From: an uncultured bacterium
GTDB taxonomy: Bacteria; Cyanobacteriota; Vampirovibrionia; Gastranaerophilales; Gastranaerophilaceae
Assembly: GCA_949284715.1 (NCBI GenBank)
Contig: CASDWH010000016.1
Coordinates: forward strand, 12,817 to 76,816
Direction of reading: 5' to 3'
DNA: 64,000 nt
Made by a program: the position numbers and the translations under genes. This document shows, in pieces, positions 16,485-27,493 of the stretch. Positions within the stretch are counted from its first letter, which is position 1. Every line of letters starts with the position of its first letter. The notes under the pieces are model-generated. The model had not been told where the DNA came from. It searched no databases and saw only the letters and a program-made list of their open reading frames with translations.

Positions 16485-19112
16485 TTACATACAACTTGTC
16501 TTTCCGTCAGCGTCAGACTTTGCAAATGTAATTTCGTCGTCTTTAACATCTACAATAACTGTATCTCCGTCAGAGAATTTCTGTGCAAGTATGAGTTTAG
16601 ACAACGGGTTTTCTACAAGCTGTCTGATTATACGTTTAAGCGGTCTTGCCCCGTATATCGGATTGAATCCTCTGGTTGCAAGGAGTTCTTTTGCTTCTTC
16701 GGTTATTACAATTGATAACCCTTGTTCTTCCAGACGTCTTTCAAGACTTGCAGCCTGAATATCGACGATTTCTTTCAATTGCGGTAATGTAAGCGCTTTA
16801 AAGAAGATTGTTTCATCAACACGGTTCAAAAACTCCGGCTTAAACCGTTCACGCATAATTGCCATTACTTTGTCTTTTGTTTCTTCAAAATTTCCGCCGT
16901 TTAGCGCAGAATTAAGCGAGTTTTCAAGTATAATATCACTTCCTATATTGCTGGTCATGATAATAACCGTGTTTTTAAAATCAACCGTTCTGCCTTTTGA
17001 GTCGGTCAAACGCCCGTCATCAAAGATTTGAAGCATGATATTGAACACATCCGGATGTGCTTTTTCTATTTCATCAAACAGCACAACGGAATAAGGTTTT
17101 CTTCTAACAGCTTCCGTTAATTGTCCGCCTTCTTCGTACCCGACATATCCCGGAGGCGCGCCAACAAGTCTTGCAACATTGTGTTTTTCCATATACTCAC
17201 TCATATCAATACGTATAATGGAATCTTCATCATTAAAAAGAAATTCCGCAAGGGCTTTAGCAAGTTCGGTTTTACCAACACCGGTCGGGCCTAGGAATAT
17301 AAATGTACCAATAGGCCGTTTTGGGTCTTTTAAACCGCTTCTTGCACGTCTTATCGCATCAGAAACGATATCCACAGCTTCATCTTGCCCGATTAAACGT
17401 TTGTGCAAGACATCTTCCATGTGCAAGAGTTTTTGCATTTCGCTTTCTACAAGCTTTGTAACAGGTATACCTGTCCACTTGCTTACAACCGCCGCAATAT
17501 CTCCGCCGTCAATTTCTTCTTTAAGAAGTTTGTTTTCGGTTTTTTCTTTATTTTGGATTGATTTTAATTTCTTTTCTAATTCAAGCAAAGTTCCGTATTT
17601 CAATTCTGCTGCTGTTTGCAGGTCAGTATTTCTTTCTGCTTCTGCAATCTTATTTTTAACTTTATCTATTTCTTCTTTTATTGCGGCTTCACCAATAATA
17701 GAATTCTTTTCAGCTTCCCATTGGGTTTTCATTTCAGCGATTTTGCCCTCTAGCTCAGTAATTTCTTTGCTGATTTTTTCAACCTTTGCTATACATTCTT
17801 CGCTTGTTTCTTTTTTTAGTGCTTCACGTTCAATTTCAAGTTGAATTTTTTGACGGAGCATAGAATCAATTTCTTCAGGCATAGAGTCAATTTCGATTCT
17901 CAAAGAAGATGCCGCTTCATCAATAAGGTCAATTGCTTTATCCGGCAGAAATCTGTCTGTGATATATCTGTCTGAGAGCTTTGCCGCCTGAATAAGCGCT
18001 TCATCAAGGATTCTTATTCCGTGGTGAACCTCGTATTTTTCTTTTAACCCTCTTAAAATACTGATAGTATCTTCTACAGAGGGTTCGTCAACCATAACCG
18101 GCTGGAACCTTCTTTCAAGTGCCGGATCTTTTTCAATGTACTTCCTATACTCGTTAATTGTTGTGGCGCCTATTGTTCGGAGAACGCCCCTTGCAAGCAT
18201 TGGTTTTAAGAGGTTTCCTGCGTCCATTGCACCGTCTGTTGAACCGGCACCCACTACTGTATGAAGTTCATCAATAAACATTACGATATCGCCGTTTGAT
18301 TCTTCAACATCTTTAAGCACAGCTTTTAAACGTTCCTCAAACTCTCCGCGGAATTTGGCACCTGCAACGAGTGCGCCCATATCCAGAGAAACAAGTTTAA
18401 CATCTTTGAGGCTTTCAGGCACATCGCCCCTGATAATTCTTTGTGCAAGCCCTTCAACGATAGCGGTTTTACCTACACCCGGCTCACCGATTAGAACAGG
18501 GTTATTTTTTGTTCTTCTGTTAAGAACCTGTATTATTCTTCTTATTTCTTCATCACGCCCGATTACAGGATCCAATTTCCCTTTGCGGGCAAGTTCCGTA
18601 AGGTCGGTTGAATATTTTTCAAGCGCCTTCATGTTTTCTTCTGCATTTTTACTGTCCACTTTTTTATTTCCTTTTATTTTCTTAATAACACTTTTTACAG
18701 AATCCTCACTAACTCTGAATCCGGCAAGGATTTCTTTTATACTGCTGCCGTCAAGTCTGGTCATTGCAAGCAAAATGCTTTCGATTCCAATAAACTCATC
18801 ACCGCCCTCGCGTGCAATACTATCTGCGACCTCAAACAGTCTGCCGGTATCATTTGATACAAACAATTGCTGCGGGTTCTGCGGGTTAGACAACACCGGA
18901 TACGTTTTTATTTTGGAAACAATGGCATTTATAAACTCTTGATTAAGCAGTTTCAATTCAGTAAGATAATCTTTACTAATTCCGTTGTCCTCAATCATTG
19001 TGAGCATAATATGCTCCGGTTGGATTTCAGGGTTTTTATAGTAATTCATCTTGGCAGAGGCGCCAAAGATTATCTCCTGGCTGTAGTTTGTAAAACGATT
19101 AAAATCTATCAT
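16485..19112 (-). CDS. clpB: ClpB disaggregase (two AAA+ modules with a long coiled-coil M-domain)
   Basis: Walker A GEPGVGKT and GPTGVGKT. Long coiled-coil between the NBDs. Clp_N repeats at the N-terminus. Confidence 0.9.
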   Translation of the reverse strand: MIDFNRFTNYSQEIIFGASAKMNYYKNPEIQPEHIMLTMIEDNGISKDYLTELKLLNQEFINAIVSKIKTYPVLSNPQNPQQLFVSNDTGRLFEVADSIAREGGDEFIGIESILLAMTRLDGSSIKEILAGFRVSEDSVKSVIKKIKGNKKVDSKNAEENMKALEKYSTDLTELARKGKLDPVIGRDEEIRRIIQVLNRRTKNNPVLIGEPGVGKTAIVEGLAQRIIRGDVPESLKDVKLVSLDMGALVAGAKFRGEFEERLKAVLKDVEESNGDIVMFIDELHTVVGAGSTDGAMDAGNLLKPMLARGVLRTIGATTINEYRKYIEKDPALERRFQPVMVDEPSVEDTISILRGLKEKYEVHHGIRILDEALIQAAKLSDRYITDRFLPDKAIDLIDEAASSLRIEIDSMPEEIDSMLRQKIQLEIEREALKKETSEECIAKVEKISKEITELEGKIAEMKTQWEAEKNSIIGEAAIKEEIDKVKNKIAEAERNTDLQTAAELKYGTLLELEKKLKSIQNKEKTENKLLKEEIDGGDIAAVVSKWTGIPVTKLVESEMQKLLHMEDVLHKRLIGQDEAVDIVSDAIRRARSGLKDPKRPIGTFIFLGPTGVGKTELAKALAEFLFNDEDSIIRIDMSEYMEKHNVARLVGAPPGYVGYEEGGQLTEAVRRKPYSVVLFDEIEKAHPDVFNIMLQIFDDGRLTDSKGRTVDFKNTVIIMTSNIGSDIILENSLNSALNGGNFEETKDKVMAIMRERFKPEFLNRVDETIFFKALTLPQLKEIVDIQAASLERRLEEQGLSIVITEEAKELLATRGFNPIYGARPLKRIIRQLVENPLSKLILAQKFSDGDTVIVDVKDDEITFAKSDADGKTSCM

Positions 19113-19133
19113 AAAATTAAACTCCGATTTATT

Positions 19134-19151
19134 ACATTAATATTTTAATGT
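19134..19151. promoter_or_regulatory. inverted repeat ACATTAA-tatt-TTAATGT just upstream of the clpB start
   Basis: Perfect 7-bp arms, 22 nt upstream of the clpB ATG. AT-rich, so chance occurrence is possible. Confidence 0.25.
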
Positions 19152-19364
19152 GATTTTGAATAAATCAAACAAAACTTAATCATAAATTAATAATTGTTAA
19201 GTTTTGTGTAGCAAATCAAAAGAGTTAACAGCGGGAAATTCTTCAATTGCAGGAAATTTTTCATTTTATTATATGTAAAATGTTAAACCCATGTTACTGT
19301 TTTTCTAATTTGTGGAATACATGTATTAACAGAACTTATAAGAGATTGAACGGAGCAGCGTTTA

Positions 19365-22300
19365 ATGGCAAAAGTAGAAGGCACTGGCGGTTCAAGAGAA
19401 ATAAATCGCCAATTACAACTTAAGAAAGGAGAGCCGGCAAAAAGCGGTAAAACCCTGTTTAATTACGGGGAAGAGCAAGCTGAAAAAAAAACACACACCG
19501 TTGCCGCTAAAGAAACAGCTTTTGCTATAACCAGAAAATATAATATAACGATTTACCAGCTTGCAGAAGCAAATAACTGGCAGGTTATAAAAAACAAAGG
19601 AAATATTATATTAAAGAAAAACGGTAAACCGGTAAATTTAACAGCAGGCATGGTAATTAATATACCGGCGCCTGAGGGGCAAAAACCTGACAAAAAAGAG
19701 ATACAAAAACAGGCAGAGCCTTCTGCAAACGGGAATTATACCGTAGCCTCCGGCGATAACCCGATGAAGATTGCCGAAGATAACGAAATTTCAATAAGGC
19801 AGCTTGCTAAAGCAAATAATTGGGAGATAGGAGAAGACGAATCCGGTAAAATCACAGTGCTTAAAAACGGGGAAGAAATTGTTCTGCAAAAAGGTGAAAA
19901 ATTAAATATACCACAATCAGTAACAAGCAGCCTTGAAGGAATTGAAAGTTTATCAGACGTAAAATACGCAACAGGTATGAGCGACGGTTTAGCCACAGTA
20001 ATTACAAGGTTTGAAGGAAATCCTGATAACGATTACAAACCGTATACAAAAGCGTATCAAGATGATAATGGTGTTTGGACAATAGGTTTCGGAAACACCA
20101 GAGGAGTAAAATCAGATAGCAAAATGTCGGCACAAACAGCGTATACAACCCTTGCAAAAGATTATACGCAAACCCTCGAAGATATAAGAATAGAACTGGG
20201 TGATGAAACCTTTAGCCAAATTCCGGCACCGCTGCTTGAAGGAGTCGTGGATTTGGTCTATAACAAAGGTTTTGAAGCTTTGGATACCAAAAGATTTAGT
20301 GCCGCAATTAATGAAGGCAATATTTCCGATGCATTTAAACAACTTATTTATACCAAATCGATCAAGTCGGGTAAAGATATGAACGGTCTGTACAAACGTT
20401 CCCTTGCCCGGCTTGCCATGGTATATAAGGAATTTGATTCAGAAACACAGGAACTGTTAAAGCCCGTAATTGATGATTTTTATGCAGAAGCTGAACAGCG
20501 GGTAAATAATTCTGAATTAAATCACTGGTACAACCCCAATATCACCTCTGAATTAGAAAATATTCAATCAAAATATATAGTGCAGGAGGGTGATTCCGGT
20601 CTTATGGCAATAGCCCGCAAGCTTGGAGTTAATTTTAACGAACTTAAAGTTCTAAACAGACACCTTGGAGAAGATATGACCATTCATCCCGGGGATGTAA
20701 TCAATCTTCCTGTAAAAGGAGAGGCGTCTACGGCACAAAAACCGGATAAAAAGCTTGATTCAGAAATCCTGCGGATTAAAAAATTAGACTTGAGCAAATC
20801 AGAGAGATTAAAGAAAACAGAAGAGCTTTTTGAGAAATATGCAAAATATTATGATATCCCTGAAGAGGCAAAAGAAATATTTAAAAATGATGCAAAAGAT
20901 GAGTATGACTCATGGTTTTTGATAGATACGGATAATATGCGGGCAATGGCGGGAGTTCTGGATGCCCAAACACCGGAAGAATTATACAGAGCAATTGATA
21001 ACGCGATTGATGAATCTTCTGATGCAAGAAAATTTGCAGGACTTGTTCTTAATAAAAAGATTAATAAAGATAACATAAGAGATTTAATACAAAATGCCGG
21101 CGGAACAAAAAAATTTGTTAAAATGATTAGGAAAGCGGGCGGTATAGATGTCCTGCGGCATTCATTAAATATGATGGTAAATACAGGCGAGGACAATTCA
21201 GCAGTATTCAAACTATTTGAAAAAGCCGCCTCAGAAGAAGAATATTCAGATATTATAAATGTATTCAATAATGTACTGGCATCTTCCCCGGGTGAAATCA
21301 GCGAAGAACTGGCCAAAACCCTTGATGATGATGAAGATTTGAATTCTATGTTGTATAAATATCAAATACAACGTATTAAAGGGCATAATGTTCTTGAAAT
21401 CTTACGTTCAAACGATATTATTGCAGGGATTTGTGAAGCTGATAATGACAGGAAAAGCTGTAAAGCAGAAATAATGAAATTATTTAATCTTATTGATAAA
21501 AATTATGAACTTGATGAATCTAAAAAGAAAGAATTTCTAGAGCTTGTAAACAAAGAATTTCGTGAGCGTAAATTCTGGAACCCGACAACCTGGTGGATTG
21601 GAACATCTAAAATTTCTGACAAATTCAACAAATTAATATCAGGAAACTTGAGAGCCAAAAATGTCCGCGGTGAAGTATGCAAGGCTCTGGGCCTGCCGGA
21701 AAATACACGACAGCTTGAAAAATTAACAGATGAAAATGGAAATGTTATACCGCTTGTAGAAACCTACGGAGCAAACGGAAAAGGATATCTCAGCGGAAGA
21801 AGAATTGTTATTAACGCAGGACACGGCGGCTATGGCGAAGGTAATGACGGGATATTTGATCCGGGTGCAATTAATGAAGAAATCGGCATAGATGAATGGA
21901 TGTTAAACCGGTATATGGCAAAACTGCTTATAGAAAAACTTCAAGAGCAGGGTGCAGAAGTTATATTAACCGCAGGAGAAGTAAATACCGTAAGCTATAA
22001 TGATTTTGGCGGAGAAATGAAAATCAGTTTGCATGCTGATTCACACGAAGGCACACCGGGGCCGAGATTATACGCATTCAACAAAGATAAGGATGATAAA
22101 GCATTAGCACAAAATATTCTAAACAGTTTTATCAATAGTACAAATGCGCAAAATGTAAAAGACCTCAAAAGAAAAGAAATAACATACCATCTTGATTTAA
22201 AAACTAATGACGAGGATATAGACAGTATTCAAGCTAAAATAGTTGATAACAGCAAGCTTCAAATATTAAAAAAAGATAGAAAGAATGCGGCAGACGAACC

Positions 22301-22445
22301 TGCTATCCTTGTAGAATACTGCAATATTAAAAATAATAAAGAAGTTAAAAATATAGTCTTTGGCAGCCTCGGCGAAGATATAATAAACTCCATCGTTGAC
22401 GGAATTATTGATTATTATAATAAAGACTATCTTGCTAACCGTTAA
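19365..22445 (+). CDS. 1026-aa multidomain peptidoglycan hydrolase: 3 LysM, GH24 phage-type lysozyme, long helical spacer, Amidase_3
   Basis: LysM-like segments: HTVAAKETAFAITRKYNI..., YTVASGDNPMKIAEDNEI..., YIVQEGDSGLMAIARKLGV.... GH24-like: ITRFEGNPDNDYKPYTKAYQDDNGVWTIGFGNT. Amidase_3-like: RIVINAGHGG...DPGA...ISLHADS. Confidence 0.75.
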   Translation: MAKVEGTGGSREINRQLQLKKGEPAKSGKTLFNYGEEQAEKKTHTVAAKETAFAITRKYNITIYQLAEANNWQVIKNKGNIILKKNGKPVNLTAGMVINIPAPEGQKPDKKEIQKQAEPSANGNYTVASGDNPMKIAEDNEISIRQLAKANNWEIGEDESGKITVLKNGEEIVLQKGEKLNIPQSVTSSLEGIESLSDVKYATGMSDGLATVITRFEGNPDNDYKPYTKAYQDDNGVWTIGFGNTRGVKSDSKMSAQTAYTTLAKDYTQTLEDIRIELGDETFSQIPAPLLEGVVDLVYNKGFEALDTKRFSAAINEGNISDAFKQLIYTKSIKSGKDMNGLYKRSLARLAMVYKEFDSETQELLKPVIDDFYAEAEQRVNNSELNHWYNPNITSELENIQSKYIVQEGDSGLMAIARKLGVNFNELKVLNRHLGEDMTIHPGDVINLPVKGEASTAQKPDKKLDSEILRIKKLDLSKSERLKKTEELFEKYAKYYDIPEEAKEIFKNDAKDEYDSWFLIDTDNMRAMAGVLDAQTPEELYRAIDNAIDESSDARKFAGLVLNKKINKDNIRDLIQNAGGTKKFVKMIRKAGGIDVLRHSLNMMVNTGEDNSAVFKLFEKAASEEEYSDIINVFNNVLASSPGEISEELAKTLDDDEDLNSMLYKYQIQRIKGHNVLEILRSNDIIAGICEADNDRKSCKAEIMKLFNLIDKNYELDESKKKEFLELVNKEFRERKFWNPTTWWIGTSKISDKFNKLISGNLRAKNVRGEVCKALGLPENTRQLEKLTDENGNVIPLVETYGANGKGYLSGRRIVINAGHGGYGEGNDGIFDPGAINEEIGIDEWMLNRYMAKLLIEKLQEQGAEVILTAGEVNTVSYNDFGGEMKISLHADSHEGTPGPRLYAFNKDKDDKALAQNILNSFINSTNAQNVKDLKRKEITYHLDLKTNDEDIDSIQAKIVDNSKLQILKKDRKNAADEPAILVEYCNIKNNKEVKNIVFGSLGEDIINSIVDGIIDYYNKDYLANR

Positions 22446-23913
22446 TAAACTCTTCTAATTTATCCAGCATAGCTTTTATGTATACTTCACACATTGTCTG
22501 CGTTTTTGCTTCAAACCTCAGTGTAAACACAGGCTCTGTATTACTTTGCCTGATTAGTGCAAATCCGCCGTCAAAAATTATACGCATCCCATCAAGAGTA
22601 ACTATATTCAAAATTTTGTCAGAAAACATCATCGGATGGTTTTCTATATAATTTTGCAGCTTATCAAGCACGGATTTTTTCTTTTCATTAGGACAGTTAA
22701 TCCGGTACTCTTTTGAGGTAAATACTTTATTAAAAGGTTTAAGTAAATCTTCGAGCTTAAATTCAGGGTTTTCTTTTTTATGTTTTGCCACAATTTCTAT
22801 AATACGGCAGCCGGCATAGATTGCATCATCAAACCCGAAATAACGGTCTTTAAAGAATACATGCCCGCTCATTTCACCTGCAAGCAGCGCGCCTGTTTCC
22901 TTCATTTTGGATTTTATATACCCGTGTCCGGTTTTACACATAATTGCAGTACCGCCGTTTTGATTGATTGTATCAAACAGAACCTGAGAACATTTTACTT
23001 CTGAAACAATTGCAGGAGCGTTACTTTTATCCGGCAGGGAATTCAGATAGTCCATAGCATAAATAAGCAGCAGCTTATCTCCGGTTAAGTATTTACCGTC
23101 AGAAGCAATAACACCGATTCTGTCACTGTCACCGTCAAAAGCTATACCTATATCCGCCTGATTAGCAATTACAGCTTTTTTTATATCATTCAATGTTCTC
23201 TCATCACTCGGGTTAGGATGGTGGTGTGGAAATCTGCCGTCAGGATTTGAATACAGTTCAATAACTTCACAGCCAAGTGAACGGTAAAGTTTAGGTGCAA
23301 CAATTCCGCCTGTCGCATTTGCTGAATCTACAACAACTTTTAACCCTTCGCCTATCCTGCCGAATCTTTTTGACAAGTCTTGAATATAGTCATAGATAAG
23401 GTCGTATTCCTGTAGTTTAGAATTATCAATACGTGCATATTGCATAGTTTTGGGCGGAAAATTCTGGTATTCTTTTAAAGTTAATGTTTTAACCTCTTTA
23501 ATCTGCTCTTCATCCAGCGATTGTTTATTAAACGTCATTTTAAGCCCGTTATACTGGCTCGGGTTATGGCTTGCGGTAATAATTAAAGCTCCGTCAATGT
23601 CCTGATTATAAGTAATAACAGAACTTACACCTTTGGCCTCGGAATAATATCCTATAGGAGTTGGAGCAAGCCCTAAATCTATAACCCGCGCCCCCAAAGA
23701 TAAAACACCTTTTATTAACGCTTCGGAAAGAGCAGGGGAATGGAGTCTTGCGTCACGGCATACAGTCACAAGTATTTGTTCGGGATTTTTTTTCGTCTGT
23801 TCTGATAAAAATCTAATGTACCCGCGCCCTGTATAGAAAAAGAGTTCTTCTGTTATATCTTCGCCATAAATCCCTCTTATATCATTCTTTCCAAATGCTG
23901 TTTCATAAATCAT
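22435..23913 (-). CDS. phosphomannomutase/phosphoglucomutase (alpha-D-phosphohexomutase)
   Basis: Active-site TASHNPSQYNG. Mg loop FDGDSDR. GEMSGH sugar-binding loop. Confidence 0.85.
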   Translation of the reverse strand: MIYETAFGKNDIRGIYGEDITEELFFYTGRGYIRFLSEQTKKNPEQILVTVCRDARLHSPALSEALIKGVLSLGARVIDLGLAPTPIGYYSEAKGVSSVITYNQDIDGALIITASHNPSQYNGLKMTFNKQSLDEEQIKEVKTLTLKEYQNFPPKTMQYARIDNSKLQEYDLIYDYIQDLSKRFGRIGEGLKVVVDSANATGGIVAPKLYRSLGCEVIELYSNPDGRFPHHHPNPSDERTLNDIKKAVIANQADIGIAFDGDSDRIGVIASDGKYLTGDKLLLIYAMDYLNSLPDKSNAPAIVSEVKCSQVLFDTINQNGGTAIMCKTGHGYIKSKMKETGALLAGEMSGHVFFKDRYFGFDDAIYAGCRIIEIVAKHKKENPEFKLEDLLKPFNKVFTSKEYRINCPNEKKKSVLDKLQNYIENHPMMFSDKILNIVTLDGMRIIFDGGFALIRQSNTEPVFTLRFEAKTQTMCEVYIKAMLDKLEEFING

Positions 23914-24042
23914 AATTCCATCTCCCTGATATTCTATTTAAATGATATCACGGATAATTGAGGAAAGAAACCTTATCTAGAACAGCACTTTTATTCAGGT
24001 ATTTATGTGTTATTATTGGGTAGAACAGACAGGAGGTTTAGT

Positions 24043-24243
24043 ATGTATCATGTTTATACGGAAAGAAATTATTCAGAATTATCAAAGAGTCTGATTGGCG
24101 AATTTATGAATTTTGATGAAGCCATGGCCTGCGCTAAAAAAGCGATTGAAGAAGATTCTGAACTTAATTACATAGTTGAAGAAACCGACGGTCATTTTAA
24201 CAGCTACGGCGAACTGGTATCAACAGTAGTTGCTGAAAGCTAA
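24043..24243 (+). CDS. small acidic hypothetical protein (66 aa)
   Basis: The ATG at 24043 lies 7 nt after AGGAGG. The longer TTG-type extension is unsupported. Confidence 0.4.
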   Translation: MYHVYTERNYSELSKSLIGEFMNFDEAMACAKKAIEEDSELNYIVEETDGHFNSYGELVSTVVAES

Positions 24244-24244
24244 A

Positions 24245-24646
24245 TTAAAAGTATAAATTAAGTCTTACTATCTCAAAATTAAGGTATGCCGCAAAACAAA
24301 CCCAGATAAAATAGGGAATAAGCAGTATAGCTGCGGGTTTTGAGTGCTTATAAAATGCAATAACTGTTCCGGAAAGCGTAATAATTAACAGAACAATAGT
24401 AATTAATGCACCCTTGGGGTTCATCCAGCCGAAAAACACAGGACTCCATATCAGGTTTAAACCTAGCTGCGACAGAAACAAGAGTATCGCCGTAGTTTTA
24501 TTCTCATATTTTGTTCTGAGTAAAATTATAAAGGACAACGCCATTAATAAATACAAAACACCCCAGACCGGAGCAAATACCCAGTCCGGCGGATTAAGCG
24601 CCGGTTTTGCTAAATTGTGATACCATGTTATATTATCCATATTCAT
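24245..24646 (-). CDS. tspO: TspO/MBR-family tryptophan-rich protein, apparently lacking TM1
   Basis: WYHNLAKPALNPPDWVFAPVWGVLYLLM followed by 3 more TM helices. The ORF is open up to 24724, but the extra residues are not hydrophobic. Confidence 0.65.
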   Translation of the reverse strand: MNMDNITWYHNLAKPALNPPDWVFAPVWGVLYLLMALSFIILLRTKYENKTTAILLFLSQLGLNLIWSPVFFGWMNPKGALITIVLLIITLSGTVIAFYKHSKPAAILLIPYFIWVCFAAYLNFEIVRLNLYF

Positions 24647-24673
24647 AGTATAACTACTTGGCAGGAAATAACA

Positions 24674-25474
24674 TTGGACAAACCGGTTGAATATAAGATT
24701 ATAAAACTTAACCTTGCGCGTCATTGTTTAAATTACATCATTAACGCATACAGTATAAAAGTACTGCATATTCCGTATTATATCTGCCCCGCCTTATATC
24801 ACAGCGTAAAATATTACTCTCCTGAGTGCAAATTAAAATTCTATCATATTAATGAAAACTTTTTACCGTTAAAAGAATTTGCGCCGGAAGATTTTATATT
24901 GTACCCCGACTATTTTGGAATAAACCGGCTCAATGTAGAAATACTTGCCATAAAATATAAAAACCTTATTGTTGATAATGCACAGGCATACTTTGCACCG
25001 AAAACCGGACTTGCAGGTTTTTATTCATTAAGGAAATTTCTTCCCGTAAAATACGGCGCATATTTATATACCAGGGAAATTTGCAAGACAAATTACCCTA
25101 CAGACACTAATACACCAAATAAAATATTCACTCCTGATTACGATGAATTTGTGAAGAACGAATTATATCTGAATAAACAGCCGCCGCTGATAGTTTCAAG
25201 CTTATCTGAACTTCCGCCGGCACCCTCCGGTAAACAAAGGCTTGAAAGATTCTATACCCTTCATAAAAAATACAAAGATATAAATGAATTAAAAATTAAT
25301 TTAACAGGAAATGATATTCCATTTATATATCCTTGTCTTACAGCCTATGCAGACCGTCTTGCCGGTGAATTAGAAAGAAAAGGCAAAACAATCCTCCGAT
25401 ACTGGAATCCATTGCCGGAAACATTTCCTGAACACAGATTATACCGGTATCTTGTACCTGTTCCGCTTTATTAA
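24674..25474 (+). CDS. short DegT/DnrJ/EryC1-like aminotransferase-family protein (tentative)
   Basis: LARHCLNYII...VLHIPYYICPAL, then VDNAQAYF...GFYSLRKFLPVKYGAYLYT, resembles the family pattern around the PLP lysine. The start is uncertain (TTG 24674 or ATG 24617). Confidence 0.4.
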   Translation: MDKPVEYKIIKLNLARHCLNYIINAYSIKVLHIPYYICPALYHSVKYYSPECKLKFYHINENFLPLKEFAPEDFILYPDYFGINRLNVEILAIKYKNLIVDNAQAYFAPKTGLAGFYSLRKFLPVKYGAYLYTREICKTNYPTDTNTPNKIFTPDYDEFVKNELYLNKQPPLIVSSLSELPPAPSGKQRLERFYTLHKKYKDINELKINLTGNDIPFIYPCLTAYADRLAGELERKGKTILRYWNPLPETFPEHRLYRYLVPVPLY

Positions 25475-26106
25475 ATTTTTTCAAACACAGATTTGGGCTG
25501 CTTACAAATCGGACATAGATAATCATCAGGCTCTTTCGTCAAATCACCCTCGTATATATATCCGCAAATTGTACATCTGTAAGCAATTCCTTCCCCTGCT
25601 GCTTCCTCTTCAATATAAGTAGGCGCTGTTTTAGGGCTTTTGCCTTTTTTAATTTTATGATAGTACTCATAAGTCATAACAGGCTCATTTTTAAGCAGTC
25701 CGCAATCCGTTATTTTACCAAGGAATATCGTATGCGTTTCAGTTTCCAGAATATCATCCACATCACAGACAATATAAGCAGTAGAATCTGAAATAATATC
25801 AAGTCCGTTAACTTTTTTCACGTCTATTCCGCTGAATTTATCAACTTCGCGTCCTGATTGAAACCCGAATACCGGTATAATATTATCATTAACTTTCTCA
25901 CCAAGAACAGATAGTGCAAATTTTTTACTTTTTTTTATACATTGATTAGTATAATTTTCATGATTAATACTAACCGCAATTGTATCATTAGTAACCTGCA
26001 TTGCACTATTTGCAATACATCCTGTAGACCTGTTTCCATTATCAATATCTATTGTCGATACAACATAAACACCGTAAGATAAATTCCAAAGCGCTTTTGT
26101 ATCCAT
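25471..26106 (-). CDS. flavin reductase-like domain fused to C-terminal rubredoxin (high-molecular-weight rubredoxin type)
   Basis: The C-terminus YRCTICGYIYEGD...YLCPICKQPKSVF has two CxxC knuckles. The N-terminal part is flavin-reductase-like. Confidence 0.7.
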   Translation of the reverse strand: MDTKALWNLSYGVYVVSTIDIDNGNRSTGCIANSAMQVTNDTIAVSINHENYTNQCIKKSKKFALSVLGEKVNDNIIPVFGFQSGREVDKFSGIDVKKVNGLDIISDSTAYIVCDVDDILETETHTIFLGKITDCGLLKNEPVMTYEYYHKIKKGKSPKTAPTYIEEEAAGEGIAYRCTICGYIYEGDLTKEPDDYLCPICKQPKSVFEKI

Positions 26107-26155
26107 ATCCCCTCCTGCCTATTTACTTAAGATGTAATTATTGTATCATAATATT

Positions 26156-27379
26156 ATGGATTCAGAAATAAAGATTTCTATAATAATACCGGTATATAAT
26201 GCCGAACTATATCTGGATAATACTATTACCAGTTTAATGGAACAAACATTAAAAGAAATAGAAATAATATGCATAAACGACGGCTCAACAGACCGTTCCG
26301 CTGAAATACTGGAAAAATATGCTGCAAAAGATTCACGTATAAGAATTATTACACAGAAAAACAGCGGACAATCTGCCGCGCGCAACGCCGGAATTAAAGC
26401 CGCAAAAGGTGAATACATAGGATTTTTAGATGCAGATGACTGGGCAGAAAAATCTACTTTTGAAAAACTTTATAACCGTTCCCAAAATGATGATATGGTC
26501 ATTGGAAATATATGTGTCTATAATCAGGCTGAAAATACTTATGATTATAATGATTCCTATTATTCAATTAATATTTTTCCTCCGGTACTGTATAACAAAC
26601 ATTTTCCACCTGAAATATGCAAAGAGATACTATTTAGAATATCAGTTACTCCGTGGAATAAAATCTATAAACGCAGCTTTATACTGGGAAATAACCTGTT
26701 TTTCCTGCCTGATTTGAATTTTGAAGATAATCCGTTTTTCATTAAAGCGTTTCTAAAATCAAAAAGTATATCATTAGAACCAAATGCTGTATTTTTTTAT
26801 AGAGTTGACTCCTCTACATCGTATTCCCATTCTAACGGCAAAAACGATTATAAAAAACTTGATTTCTTTAAAATTATGGATATTGAAGAACAAATTCTCA
26901 AAGACTGCAATGTATATAATGATTTGAAAGATGCCTTCAACTTACATAAACGGCAGACATTATTTTACTGGTTAAAAAAAATTACACATTCCGGTGCTTA
27001 TTTTAGTTACAAATTAAGATTATTAAAGACTTTTCCGGTATATTTATGTATTAGAAAACGTATTTTACGGTTAATTTTCAAGTTCCGCCTGACACAGCTT
27101 GTAAACAAAAAGAATACCTACATCTGGGTTGATAATGGTACACTGGACTTTTGCAATTATGCGGCAAAGAAAGCTAAAATCAAAAATCCCGTATTTACAA
27201 CAAACTCCGAAAATATTCAAAACTTTAACAATATAAATATAAAAAATTTAAAAGATATAAATCCTGATTTGGTAATAACAATTACAACCGGTTTTTATAA
27301 TTATGACAAAACCGTTAAGCAAAAACTTGAGTCACTCGGATGCAGCTCAAAGGTAGAAGGTCTGGTTTTCCCTGTATAA
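26156..27379 (+). CDS. family 2 glycosyltransferase
   Basis: ISIIIPVYNAELYL...INDGSTDRS...GFLDADDW. Confidence 0.8.
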   Translation: MDSEIKISIIIPVYNAELYLDNTITSLMEQTLKEIEIICINDGSTDRSAEILEKYAAKDSRIRIITQKNSGQSAARNAGIKAAKGEYIGFLDADDWAEKSTFEKLYNRSQNDDMVIGNICVYNQAENTYDYNDSYYSINIFPPVLYNKHFPPEICKEILFRISVTPWNKIYKRSFILGNNLFFLPDLNFEDNPFFIKAFLKSKSISLEPNAVFFYRVDSSTSYSHSNGKNDYKKLDFFKIMDIEEQILKDCNVYNDLKDAFNLHKRQTLFYWLKKITHSGAYFSYKLRLLKTFPVYLCIRKRILRLIFKFRLTQLVNKKNTYIWVDNGTLDFCNYAAKKAKIKNPVFTTNSENIQNFNNINIKNLKDINPDLVITITTGFYNYDKTVKQKLESLGCSSKVEGLVFPV

Positions 27380-27493
27380 CTACTACTTTCTGCTATATAA
27401 TGTTTTTAAAATTCATCCTGTTAGTTTTATTATTACAGGTTATATAAAGCAAATATTTTAATTGTATAATACGTGGGTGAGAGGTAGAAGAAA

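Noticed and set aside
17179-18942. Long antisense ORFs inside clpB (17179..17844, 18355..18942), and similarly inside clpC (38553..39329, 39978..40343)
   Set aside because: Their translations are Ser/Leu/Pro-rich and low-complexity, as is typical of the reverse strand of conserved AAA+ genes. They have no SD and overlap high-confidence CDSs completely.
22435-22445. 11-nt overlap of the convergent 3' ends of the PG hydrolase and PMM/PGM genes as a regulatory feature
   Set aside because: Short convergent stop-region overlaps are common in compact genomes, and no associated structure is visible.
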